Positions 50,732-59,752 of a stretch of 64,000 nt of DNA are shown in pieces (positions within the stretch are counted from its first letter, which is position 1; every line of letters begins with the position of its first letter). The notes under the pieces were generated by a model. It had not been told where the DNA came from and did not search any database. It saw nothing but the letters and a program-made list of their open reading frames with translations. Made by a program: the position numbers and the translations under genes. The DNA is from Enterobacter phage EC152: sequence record PP681140.1. One strand, 5' to 3'.

Positions 50732-51805
50732 TTATTCTCCTTTGATATTAAGCAATTTACGGACAGCTTCTTCGGCCTTTTGAATACGCTCTTCGTAATC
50801 ACTGCCGGAGATAACCACCACCTTGCTTGTATCGTAAGATGCCCTGATCATTGTGTCAAGCAAAGAATGTGTTTCTTTACGCTTTTGTGGCGTATCCTGC
50901 AAACGAAGAGGATCAGCAACCCACGGAACCTCTGGGGTGAGGAACAGGAACAAGTCATAGAAATTGTAGCTCTCTTCACGGCTCAGTGTCCGGAACAGTA
51001 AGTCGGAGTAGTCGATCTTATCTGCACAAACACCAGAGAAGTGCGTGATCAGGTTAGTCGTGTCGGAGAACATCACCCCACGGTCACCCCAACCTGCCAC
51101 CTCCATCTCCTTCAGGCGATGCTCCATTGCAATACGCAGGTAATCCTCACGGGTCATTGCAAACTCGCTTGAATGATACTCACGCTCACAAATCAGTCTT
51201 CCGATCTCAGGAATCCAGGCAGCGCCGAATGTGTGCGCTAAGTGTTCGGTCATGGTGGTTTTTCCAGTGCTCTCCACACCGATGATAGCCACCTTCTTAA
51301 TGAAGCGCTTACGGGCAGGCCACGACAAGTGGTAGAAATTCTTGTACGGGTCATTACGGATCATCGTGGCAGAAATGGGGACAGCCTTACGTTCTGCGTC
51401 GATAACAACATGCTTCGCTTCAGGGAAGAACTCACTGAAGTAAGACTCATACTCCGGCTCAGAAGAGAAAGCAAAGTCGTACTTAACGAACGGCTGCTTT
51501 TCACGGATCAGTTTTGCGTATGCGGCACCGCCTTCAGGGTATCCTGGGATATTCGACTCATCAACGTAGTCAACCTTCACGTTGTCCAAGCCCTCATCGG
51601 CAATAACATCCAGCAGGTCACGATAGCGATCAGCAAGCCCCAACTTTGGACGAATCCACTCTGGTTGTGCATCTACAAATTTCTGATCATAGGACAGGAA
51701 CAGGTACAGAACACTTACCTGAGATGCAGCTTTGACAATGAAATTAATATGCCCGTTAGTCAGTGGCGCAAATTTTCCGAAGATAAGGCCGCGCGTCATA
51801 GTCAT
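50732..51805 (-). CDS. nadR: NadR-type bifunctional NMN adenylyltransferase / ribosylnicotinamide kinase
   Basis: N-terminal nucleotidyltransferase motif GKFAPLTNGH (HxGH class) and a second P-loop domain IIGVESTGKTT; 357 aa; RBS GGAGAAAAACAA. Confidence 0.75.
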   Translation of the reverse strand: MTMTRGLIFGKFAPLTNGHINFIVKAASQVSVLYLFLSYDQKFVDAQPEWIRPKLGLADRYRDLLDVIADEGLDNVKVDYVDESNIPGYPEGGAAYAKLIREKQPFVKYDFAFSSEPEYESYFSEFFPEAKHVVIDAERKAVPISATMIRNDPYKNFYHLSWPARKRFIKKVAIIGVESTGKTTMTEHLAHTFGAAWIPEIGRLICEREYHSSEFAMTREDYLRIAMEHRLKEMEVAGWGDRGVMFSDTTNLITHFSGVCADKIDYSDLLFRTLSREESYNFYDLFLFLTPEVPWVADPLRLQDTPQKRKETHSLLDTMIRASYDTSKVVVISGSDYEERIQKAEEAVRKLLNIKGE

Positions 51806-52092
51806 TTGTTTTTCTCCATTTCTTCAACAGCGTTTGTGAGGATAATCACTTGCTGTTCCATTTTAGAAACTGCCACTTGCAATTCTGCAATTTTTACTTC
51901 AATTTCTGCCGCATCTTTCTTAGCCTTTGCTCTTTCCAGACCCTGCTTGTAAGCATCCAGTATATCAGCATTACCTGCATCTGTGATCCTTTTTGCCACA
52001 GTATCGGTATAAAACTCTGTTGCTTGTACAGAGCAAGAGAGCGCGAGCAGGGCGGCAAATATAATCTTTTTCATGATCAACCCTTCTGGCAT
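51802..52092 (-). CDS. secreted coiled-coil protein with signal peptide (96 aa)
   Basis: MKKIIFAALLALSCSVQA signal-like N-terminus; overlaps the nadR start. Confidence 0.45.
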   Translation of the reverse strand: MPEGLIMKKIIFAALLALSCSVQATEFYTDTVAKRITDAGNADILDAYKQGLERAKAKKDAAEIEVKIAELQVAVSKMEQQVIILTNAVEEMEKNK

Positions 52093-52391
52093 TTGTAAAC
52101 TTGTGACACACGGGTCACAGATTTTTTGGTTGGGTTGATAGATGACCCCTGATACCAGCGAGACTCTTCGCTCAGAGCATTCCCTACCTGAGCATCCTTT
52201 TTAGGGATCACTGTGTCGATGCAGGTCTCCCCCATGCTATCCTTCATGTGGGACCAAATGCTCAGAGAGAAACGCTCGATCTTATTGCACACCTCAACCT
52301 TGCACATAGGCTCGGTTTGGAAATCATCTTCTTCTGCATGAGCCGTTGCAACAAAAGCCATAGCCAGCAGAGCAATCGTTAATTTTTTCAT
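52077..52391 (-). CDS. secreted/periplasmic small protein with signal peptide (104 aa)
   Basis: MKKLTIALLAMAFVATAHA signal peptide; four Cys. Confidence 0.45.
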   Translation of the reverse strand: MKKLTIALLAMAFVATAHAEEDDFQTEPMCKVEVCNKIERFSLSIWSHMKDSMGETCIDTVIPKKDAQVGNALSEESRWYQGSSINPTKKSVTRVSQVYKCQKG

Positions 52392-52424
52392 TTGAATCTC
52401 CTCTTGAGATTATTTGTTTAGGGT

Positions 52425-52664
52425 TTAGTAACGAGACCACTTCACGCGACCACCGTCGCAGATCAGTTTGTTCTCAACGACAACACCGTCTGCACTGTTT
52501 GCGAGGCGTTGTTCACCGTTAGGCTTACAATTATGGGTGACGGTATCTGCGATGTCAACAACAATAAACACCGCAACAACAATTATTCCGACAATCACCA
52601 GGGGTTTAATCCAAGGCATGTGACCACGCATTTTATCCTCCTTACCGATTGCAAGTATCAACAA
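52425..52664 (-). CDS. small membrane protein (79 aa)
   Basis: Hydrophobic LVIVGIIVVAVFIVV; start uncertain. Confidence 0.4.
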   Translation of the reverse strand: MLILAIGKEDKMRGHMPWIKPLVIVGIIVVAVFIVVDIADTVTHNCKPNGEQRLANSADGVVVENKLICDGGRVKWSRY

Positions 52665-52890
52665 TCATTGCACCGAAAATCAGCACAAAGACTTCAAACA
52701 TGAACATACACAATCCACCGCCCAGAATGTCGTTAGTTTGTTGCTGGTAATCTGCTGTATAAGCAAGACCAAGCGTTGTGAGCATGGTCAAGGCCATAAG
52801 GCACAGGACTGCACAGATAAAGTGTGAAAGTTTCATAGGTCCTCCGTTATTTGTTCCAATAACAATAAAGCCCCTCAACCGTGAAGTCAA
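52642..52890 (-). CDS. small 2-TM membrane protein (82 aa)
   Basis: Two hydrophobic helices. Confidence 0.4.
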   Translation of the reverse strand: MTSRLRGFIVIGTNNGGPMKLSHFICAVLCLMALTMLTTLGLAYTADYQQQTNDILGGGLCMFMFEVFVLIFGAMIVDTCNR

Positions 52891-52902
52891 GGGGCTTTAA
52901 AA

Positions 52903-53301
52903 TTATTTTTTCAATCCAACAATCCAGGTCAACACGTTGTCTGGTAATTTGGCGATGGTTTTGTACATCTTCACTTCGTCCTTAGTGAGGACACGGATAT
53001 TCTCATCAACACCCACATTATTGTGGTAATCGAAATCAGCATCTCTCTCAATTAAGGTTAGATAATTCCCCTCGCCGGACTCTGGAACATTTCGATGATG
53101 TTTAGACCAGTAACGTTCAGCGATAAATAGATCCCCTTTTCGATCCCCCGCTAACTTGACGATAAACTTATTCATAAGCTTATTACGAAGAATTATAGAC
53201 AGGGCGTGGGGGTCCAAACTATCAGCCACTCGGAGGACTTCAGCATCGCCCAGTTCCACATCCACGGTTTGCACCGTGGTTTGTGTGCCTTTTACCTTCA
53301 T
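52903..53301 (-). CDS. hypothetical protein (132 aa)
   Basis: ORF only. Confidence 0.45.
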   Translation of the reverse strand: MKVKGTQTTVQTVDVELGDAEVLRVADSLDPHALSIILRNKLMNKFIVKLAGDRKGDLFIAERYWSKHHRNVPESGEGNYLTLIERDADFDYHNNVGVDENIRVLTKDEVKMYKTIAKLPDNVLTWIVGLKK

Positions 53302-53498
53302 GCCTTATCTCCCAACAGACCTGGAGGGACAGGAAGATCCTGCCAGTGGGTAGCTCGAAGATTATCTCTGAACTCACCATCATCCCAACGACCATCTTCC
53401 GAACGGAAGGCGATCCACATGTTTTCACCATCGGTGATCAGAACGTACTTACCTACCTGTGGCAGGCTGTCTTTGCATGAAATCCACTCTGTATTCAT
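53298..53498 (-). CDS. DUF551-like small phage protein (66 aa; WISCKDSLP...)
   Basis: N-terminal W-I-S-x-K-D-x-L-P motif; RBS AGGAG. Confidence 0.4.
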   Translation of the reverse strand: MNTEWISCKDSLPQVGKYVLITDGENMWIAFRSEDGRWDDGEFRDNLRATHWQDLPVPPGLLGDKA

Positions 53499-53512
53499 AA
53501 TCTTCTCCTCTT

Positions 53513-53526
53513 GGGGCCGAAGCCCC
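53513..53526 (-). other. GGGGC-UUCG-GCCCC hairpin (minus-strand orientation) between the DNA polymerase and the next gene
   Basis: The plus strand reads GGGGC-CGAA-GCCCC; on the minus transcript it is the same UUCG hairpin as on plus-strand terminators, but followed by the next RBS rather than a U tract. Confidence 0.45.
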
Positions 53527-53532
53527 GTTGAA

Positions 53533-56247
53533 TTAGTGACATTCAGCCCAGTTCTTACCAGTCAGATAAGCTCCTGTGATATGAACCGGAGAACCCATCA
53601 TCTTAGCGGCTTTCTCGACACATTTCACAACCATCTCACCAACAGGGCAATACTGAATCTGAATCTTACCATCTTCGCCAAAGATACCTTCGTATACCGT
53701 GTTACCGTCAGCATCTTTAACCTTTTCGCCATTCTCATCCTTGACCGCTTTTCTCCACTCGTGACCGTCGAATACACGGCCCTTTGCTTCCCACTCTTTG
53801 ACAAAGGCGGTAGCCTCTTCAAGAGTATCGAATTTCCATCTCTTCAGATACTTTTCCGGAACCTGAAGCTGGTATTCATCGTGGTAGTAAATTAGACGGC
53901 GAACGTCATCATCGTACCAACCGCGCTTGATCAGTTCCCAGTGAAGCAGGATACCAACCAAGTCGAACAGAGAAGCACCACCGTTCTGCTGGTAAGCATT
54001 CAGGAGTGAGTGCTTGGAGCGAGTCCAGATCTTACGTCCATCTAAGCCAGGGATATAGCGTTTCCCGGTAGCTTCCCAGAAGTTTTCCAGCCATTCTTTA
54101 CGGCCTTTCAACCCAAAGTTACTATCCCAGAAAGCATCAATTACCGCCTGTGCTTTATCGAGGGAGATGTTGAGCATCGCAGCAATCTTCGCTGCCTGAG
54201 CACCATACATGATACCGTATGTTACACCCTTACCACCGTTACGAGTAACGAGTGTCCCGGATGCTTTGGTATATGCCTCGGCGTTTCGTGCGTGAGCATC
54301 TCCACTCTCCATTATACGCAGATATTCACCGCCGTCAAACTGATATGCACCCCATGCGGCGATCATACCTTCAAGGTTAGAACCGTCAATACCCACCTGG
54401 TAATAACCATCGGTCACACCCCACAGACCACGCATCTCTTTACCGAGCAGTACCTTCGGGTCTGGCTTAGGCATGTTTGCACAGATGGTGTGCTTACAGC
54501 GCCCGGTGTTCGTGATCCCAGAGAAACGTGCAGGGAGTTTACCATCAATCGCCAGGCGAGGGTGATTCAACAGCCCTGTGTCGTTCTTGTCCTCATCAAT
54601 CGGGTCGAGAACAGATCGACGGTTACGCAGTGACAGCCACTTAACAATCTGTTTAGCCAAGTGAACATCAATACGTTCGAGGTTCGGACACAGTTTACCG
54701 AAGTTGTCCTTCAACTGCGGTGACGTTGGAAGCATACGCGCCTTGCGCCTGAACTTCTTGAAGATCTCCGCATAGCCTTTTTCCGAACCGTGACGGTGAT
54801 CGAACTTCCTTTCAGAGATGTTGAACTTCTCATCACTGTTATTTAAGTGCTCTATAATCAGAGACTTATACTCGGACTCTCCCAGTTCCTCGATATACTT
54901 CCTGACCAACTCATCGATCTCAGGATCGGTACGTGCCTTTTTGAACTGATCCTTAGTAACATCCTTGACACGCCATAGGGTAGGTTTCCAGTTGGCATCA
55001 CGGATCAGGTATTTCTTGATGTCGTCCTGGTTCGAGATTTTCATCGGAACCATCAGATCAGGCATCTTACCATTGCGAAGATCTTCTTTGGCTTTTTCCA
55101 TCAAGTCCGGAGGCAGAGGCACAAGGGTGTTCTCTTTCTGGCGCTGCTCACGAATATAATCACCAAAGTGCATAGGGTCTTCAACACCGTTCTGGAGGCA
55201 ATAGCGCTCACCTGCTGCACTCACCTCACCGTTCCCTTTGAACGCCGTCTTTGGTGGTCCTTTGAACTCCAAAGCTTCACGGTTAACCGGATATCCCAGC
55301 TTGTACTGGAGCCAGTTCCACCCGTGGTGAGAGATGTTTCCTGCCCCGTCAAACGGGTTAGCCGGGAACTTAGGTTGTTGAGATTTCGTCATTTCCTTTA
55401 ACGGAAGTAACGGCTCAACTTCCTCTTCAATCTCCTTCATCATCACATCAATGCGATCACGAAGTTTCTCAGCCTCATACTTGTTGAAAGGCACACCCTG
55501 AATCTCTTGCTCGATCATTAGGTAATCAGTAAGCATACGACGACGAAGAGCATTTTTCCAGTTAATCTGACGGAGACCTTCTGGCTTGTCGGTATACATG
55601 AACTGCTTGTCATCAGGCCAACGAGCACCAGTGGATTCATCAATCAATGCTTTCCACGTCAGTTCGTTGATCAGTACGTCTTCCCACACACGGTTAACGT
55701 ATTCCCAGAGCGGTTGGTTGCGCCAGTCATCGATCTGCACTTTTTTGTTTGCTACACGATAACCCCAGGCCATCAAACCATGCGGCCCAACACGGTCCCT
55801 GCGCCCGGTAACCGGGTTTAGTACAGAATCAGGGCAACCATTAGGTAACGGGCGGTCAGGATATAGAACACGGCTCATTGATAATGTGTCGTACAGGTTC
55901 ACCTGGGTGTCCCCAATGGTGCCAAGACACTTAGGATCTTTGAACATGTTGTATTCAATGCCCGACAGCTTGTTCCACAAACGTAGGTCGTAACCAAACA
56001 AGTTGTGACACGCAATTCCACGGCAAGTTTTCAGGAACGCCTCAAGCTCATCATATGAGCGGATCGTGAGATTGGCTTCCGTCTTGCTCTTGGCAAATGT
56101 CACTGCACTATCATACTCTGGGTGTGCTGGATCTAAAAACAGATTCCAGTTGTTAACACCGTATTCCTTGAGCAGGGTACAGTGGTACTTCGTTACTTCA
56201 TCTAACAGACCATCGGCTTCGTTGTCCGTTATAAACAAACCTTTCAT
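53533..56247 (-). CDS. DNA polymerase, family A (Pol I/T7-like) with 3'-5' exonuclease domain
   Basis: Start moved to ATG 56247 (MKGLFITDNEADGL..., Exo I DxE) with AGGAGGAAC RBS; motif A DGSNLE, motif B KGVTYGIMYG, motif C YYHDE. Confidence 0.9.
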   Translation of the reverse strand: MKGLFITDNEADGLLDEVTKYHCTLLKEYGVNNWNLFLDPAHPEYDSAVTFAKSKTEANLTIRSYDELEAFLKTCRGIACHNLFGYDLRLWNKLSGIEYNMFKDPKCLGTIGDTQVNLYDTLSMSRVLYPDRPLPNGCPDSVLNPVTGRRDRVGPHGLMAWGYRVANKKVQIDDWRNQPLWEYVNRVWEDVLINELTWKALIDESTGARWPDDKQFMYTDKPEGLRQINWKNALRRRMLTDYLMIEQEIQGVPFNKYEAEKLRDRIDVMMKEIEEEVEPLLPLKEMTKSQQPKFPANPFDGAGNISHHGWNWLQYKLGYPVNREALEFKGPPKTAFKGNGEVSAAGERYCLQNGVEDPMHFGDYIREQRQKENTLVPLPPDLMEKAKEDLRNGKMPDLMVPMKISNQDDIKKYLIRDANWKPTLWRVKDVTKDQFKKARTDPEIDELVRKYIEELGESEYKSLIIEHLNNSDEKFNISERKFDHRHGSEKGYAEIFKKFRRKARMLPTSPQLKDNFGKLCPNLERIDVHLAKQIVKWLSLRNRRSVLDPIDEDKNDTGLLNHPRLAIDGKLPARFSGITNTGRCKHTICANMPKPDPKVLLGKEMRGLWGVTDGYYQVGIDGSNLEGMIAAWGAYQFDGGEYLRIMESGDAHARNAEAYTKASGTLVTRNGGKGVTYGIMYGAQAAKIAAMLNISLDKAQAVIDAFWDSNFGLKGRKEWLENFWEATGKRYIPGLDGRKIWTRSKHSLLNAYQQNGGASLFDLVGILLHWELIKRGWYDDDVRRLIYYHDEYQLQVPEKYLKRWKFDTLEEATAFVKEWEAKGRVFDGHEWRKAVKDENGEKVKDADGNTVYEGIFGEDGKIQIQYCPVGEMVVKCVEKAAKMMGSPVHITGAYLTGKNWAECH

Positions 56248-56309
56248 GTTCCTCCTATGCAAGGTGGGCTTGACTGTATCGTCGCCCACCTATCAGTTGG
56301 TCGAATGGA

Positions 56310-58325
56310 TTAGAACGGGGTATCGTTATCAAAGTCCTGTGGGTTAGGAAGCTGAACAGGGGCATCCATAACAGGCGCTGGTACGTTGACCTTACCTACC
56401 GGAGTCTCAAGTTGCAGAGATTGAATCATACCTTCAGGGCGAAGCATAACCACCCCATCAAGTTTGAACATCCCATCTTCCCATACCCAACCAGACGCAT
56501 CAGTGAATTGTCCGTTTTCATCCATGATCATAGTGTCAGCGACACCAAGTTTTTTGTGTGGGCGGTTCTTCATTACAACCACACGCACACGTCCACGAGA
56601 GCGGTCTGGTAGCTCTTCTGGCTCAACACCCAATACAATCCAGGATAATTGTTCCAGTGCAGCAGAACCACGCAGGTCTTCTTTACGTACAGGATACCAG
56701 AAAGGCAACATGTTGCCGTCTTTGTCCTTCGGTAGCTGAAGTTCTTTACGCTTCATGTGGCTAATGCTAAGAATGAACACATCGTACTGCTTACAGAATG
56801 CAGCAAGCTCGGTCATGATGTTGTCCAGGTCTCGACGTTCGTTATCAGATTTGAGGCCGGAGATAACCATACTCAGGTGGTCAAGGATAATCCACTTACA
56901 ACCATCCAGGAATACCATCTGTTTCAGCTTCTGAATCAACTGATCCGTAGGGATAGAGCCGAAGTGATCAAAGATCTTGATCTTGTCTTCCTTGATCCAG
57001 CGTTGGTGAATCTCAAGGTGCTGTTCTTCAGTCAAGAACTGTTCAGGGTCTGCAACGAAAGCTTTAGGGTCAACCTTCAACTCCTCAGCGTACAGGCTGT
57101 TTACAGACTCTTCCTCATCCTCTTCCAGACGAATGATCGCAACCTTTTCATGTTCAGTCCAACCATCAAGACGAGGAATGCTCATATCGCGAAGGTAGTT
57201 CACAATGGCATACTCGATCTTACGTGAGATTGTTGACTTACCACCACCAGACGGGCCAGTCAGTGTCCACAACTCACCAGTACGAGGACCTTTGGTTAAC
57301 TCATAAAGACGAGGCATACCCGGCAATGGAACACCATCTTTCTTCTTCTTGCGAAGGTTTTCGATGGTAATGTTGCTCAGACTGATCAGCTTGTCTGGGA
57401 CATAGCGGTCTTCTGCCTTGGAGAACATGTTCCAGATCTCACGACCCTTACCAGCATCGTACATGTCACGAACGTCTTTAACCCCGGCAGGGTCATTTCG
57501 TTCATTAGGGTAACGTGCCACAAAGATGTTGTCTGTCAGCAGGAATGCTGCCACATCGTCTGTTGCTTCCTTACCTTTCTTGACCTTACGTTCTTTTTCC
57601 AGAGCGGTTGCTTCATCGTTATCAAAACCGAGAACAACCTTCTCATAGCCACGAATGAACTTTTCGTTGTTGGCAAAGGTATCTACTGCGTTGGCTGTGC
57701 CGCAGTTTAATCCGACAAATGGTAATGTCGGAACACCTGCAACCTCTTCACCGTTCTGAATAGAGGCGATACCTTTCAGAACGCTTGCAGCCCAATCCTT
57801 AACACCCTTCGGTGCATTAGGGCTTGCTTGCAGAGCTTTCACAAACTCAAAGCCTGCCTGCCAACCAGCAGTAACATCACCCTCACCCTCTACGATGAAG
57901 ATCTGTTTACGACCTGCACCCATAGCGGCTTCGTGTTGACCGAAGAACTGTGAAGCGGCCTTAACAGTCCCCACCACAGAGAAGTGACCTTTCTTCTCTT
58001 TTGGTAGAGTCCAGTCGCGTTTTTTATATCCAGTCAGCTTACCGTACTTGTCATAATATGGCAAATAGGTTGCTGTGATCGTCACGCCGTCACTTGGGGA
58101 TACGGATGAACGGATCTTAAAATATTTTGCTGCGTCGAGAGAGAGACTCATTTCAGGAACTGGCAGAATGCGGGTGCCATTGACTACAGATTCCAGGGTC
58201 TCTTCTTCACGTTGCTGATAACTCACTCTTCCTCCACGATTGCCTTTACTTCCAAAATTCTGTGCTTTCGGGTTCTCCTGTCCACCTTGTCGGTAAGCAG
58301 CCCAATCCGGACCATTTCCCATCAT
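56310..58325 (-). CDS. primase-helicase (TOPRIM primase plus DnaB-type helicase; T7 gp4-like), acidic C-tail ...DFDNDTPF
   Basis: TOPRIM IFIVEGEGD and GFDNDEAT; helicase Walker A GPSGGGKST and Walker B ILDHLS; RBS AAGGAGAG. Confidence 0.85.
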   Translation of the reverse strand: MMGNGPDWAAYRQGGQENPKAQNFGSKGNRGGRVSYQQREEETLESVVNGTRILPVPEMSLSLDAAKYFKIRSSVSPSDGVTITATYLPYYDKYGKLTGYKKRDWTLPKEKKGHFSVVGTVKAASQFFGQHEAAMGAGRKQIFIVEGEGDVTAGWQAGFEFVKALQASPNAPKGVKDWAASVLKGIASIQNGEEVAGVPTLPFVGLNCGTANAVDTFANNEKFIRGYEKVVLGFDNDEATALEKERKVKKGKEATDDVAAFLLTDNIFVARYPNERNDPAGVKDVRDMYDAGKGREIWNMFSKAEDRYVPDKLISLSNITIENLRKKKKDGVPLPGMPRLYELTKGPRTGELWTLTGPSGGGKSTISRKIEYAIVNYLRDMSIPRLDGWTEHEKVAIIRLEEDEEESVNSLYAEELKVDPKAFVADPEQFLTEEQHLEIHQRWIKEDKIKIFDHFGSIPTDQLIQKLKQMVFLDGCKWIILDHLSMVISGLKSDNERRDLDNIMTELAAFCKQYDVFILSISHMKRKELQLPKDKDGNMLPFWYPVRKEDLRGSAALEQLSWIVLGVEPEELPDRSRGRVRVVVMKNRPHKKLGVADTMIMDENGQFTDASGWVWEDGMFKLDGVVMLRPEGMIQSLQLETPVGKVNVPAPVMDAPVQLPNPQDFDNDTPF

Positions 58326-58486
58326 CTCTCCTTAGAATGGCTTAACTACTACAGCTACATACCAATTACCGTCAACGGTGATCCCGCCACTAATGTGGTA
58401 ACCCTTTTCAAAATAGGCATTCAGTCGGTCTTCAAGATCCTTGATGTCGCGACACTGAAGGATTTGTACATTTTTCAACTACCCTC

Positions 58487-59179
58487 CTACTTGTTTTCTT
58501 GATAGAAAGCCTCTGCAAAACCACGAGGCGTACAGCTACGGATGTTCTTAGTCTGAATAGACTTGCCGCCACACTTTCTCCATCCGGGATTATCTTTGTG
58601 CAATTCCTTCACAGGAAGCTTTGTAGGCTGTTTTGCACCATTACCCATCCAAATGCATGTCTTCTTGTTGTACGCGTCCTGTGGAGGGTATACATGCGGA
58701 TATAAAGGGTGTACGTCATCGGGAGGCAAATACCCGCCGTAATCCTTTGGATCAAACATGTAATCTGGTTTGCGATACATCGAGGAAAGAACACCAACTG
58801 GGTTCTCAAAAGCCCAAGGAACGCCGCATTCATTACCCAATTTCTCTACAAGCAGGCATAACTCCATTGCTTCCTTCTGGAAGTTTGGATTAGCAGCGCG
58901 TTTTTTAGCCCAATGTCTTGAACCTGCATTGGTTAGGTGAGTACACTCTGGGAAGCCAAAGACGAGGTGAACACCTTCACCAACCATCTCTGCGATCTCT
59001 GATGCCTGCTCGTTAGTTTTGTCGTGGAAGAACCACATACCAACCTTAACCAGGTTACCCTCTCGGTGAATGCCGGGGGAATGTTGACCATCAAAAGTCC
59101 AGACTTCATAGCCAGCCCTTAACCAGGGCTGTGCCATTACCGAGGTGTAATCATAAAGAATTATGATCTTCTTTGTCAA
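58487..59179 (-). CDS. compact C5-cytosine DNA methyltransferase-like protein (230 aa), no obvious target-recognition domain
   Basis: GFPEC...AG resembles C5-MTase motif IV (PC catalytic Cys) and WAFENPVGVL resembles motif VI (ENV); motif I is degenerate. Confidence 0.4.
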   Translation of the reverse strand: MTKKIIILYDYTSVMAQPWLRAGYEVWTFDGQHSPGIHREGNLVKVGMWFFHDKTNEQASEIAEMVGEGVHLVFGFPECTHLTNAGSRHWAKKRAANPNFQKEAMELCLLVEKLGNECGVPWAFENPVGVLSSMYRKPDYMFDPKDYGGYLPPDDVHPLYPHVYPPQDAYNKKTCIWMGNGAKQPTKLPVKELHKDNPGWRKCGGKSIQTKNIRSCTPRGFAEAFYQENK

Positions 59180-59189
59180 TCAACCTCCA

Positions 59190-59498
59190 TCAATGAAGAA
59201 CATTACCGCTGTTTACAGGAACAACAGCGCCATTCTCAAGCTTGTATTTCTGCTGAGGTGATCGGGTTTGATGATCCGTTTCACCACCAATCAACATGTT
59301 GATATTGTGCGTGGTTCGCACCAGGGTGTAGTTCAAATACCCATCAGCTTCGTGCTGTGATGCAATGGTGAAACCCTCGTCCAGCAGATCAGCCAGTTCA
59401 GCCTCGATATCTGCCTTTTCCCGTTCGCTGATTTTGAATTCAACAAGACGGACGGTATTCTTTCCAGCCATTAAAAGCTCTCCTCTCGTTCGAAACAA
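59190..59498 (-). CDS. hypothetical protein (102 aa)
   Basis: ORF only. Confidence 0.4.
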   Translation of the reverse strand: MFRTRGELLMAGKNTVRLVEFKISEREKADIEAELADLLDEGFTIASQHEADGYLNYTLVRTTHNINMLIGGETDHQTRSPQQKYKLENGAVVPVNSGNVLH

Positions 59499-59752
59499 CC
59501 TTCAATTTCTGCATTACGCAGATGTTCACGTAGGTGATGGTACAGGACATTATTTGGAATGTCAACGTAGATCTGGGAGTTGCTTTTGAATACAGCATAA
59601 TACTCTAACTCCTGGAAACCGTTATAGTCCCAGTCGCTCTCTTTACTGTAGAAGTCTGGCTTCTGAACAGTATAAAGTGCTTCTACCACCACAGCACCGT
59701 GATCAGGATGGTCGTACTCGAACTCAATCTCTACCTTCTGCGGTTTAATCAT
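59471..59752 (-). CDS. hypothetical protein (93 aa)
   Basis: ORF only. Confidence 0.4.
   Translation of the reverse strand: MIKPQKVEIEFEYDHPDHGAVVVEALYTVQKPDFYSKESDWDYNGFQELEYYAVFKSNSQIYVDIPNNVLYHHLREHLRNAEIEGCFEREESF

Noticed and set aside
51242-51952. Plus-strand 236-aa ORF
   Set aside because: Antisense to nadR, whose motifs are clear on the minus strand.
53206-53895. Plus-strand 229-aa ORF
   Set aside because: Overlaps three minus-strand genes including the DNA polymerase C-terminus; shadow ORF.
56757-57227. Plus-strand 156-aa ORF
   Set aside because: Antisense to the primase-helicase.
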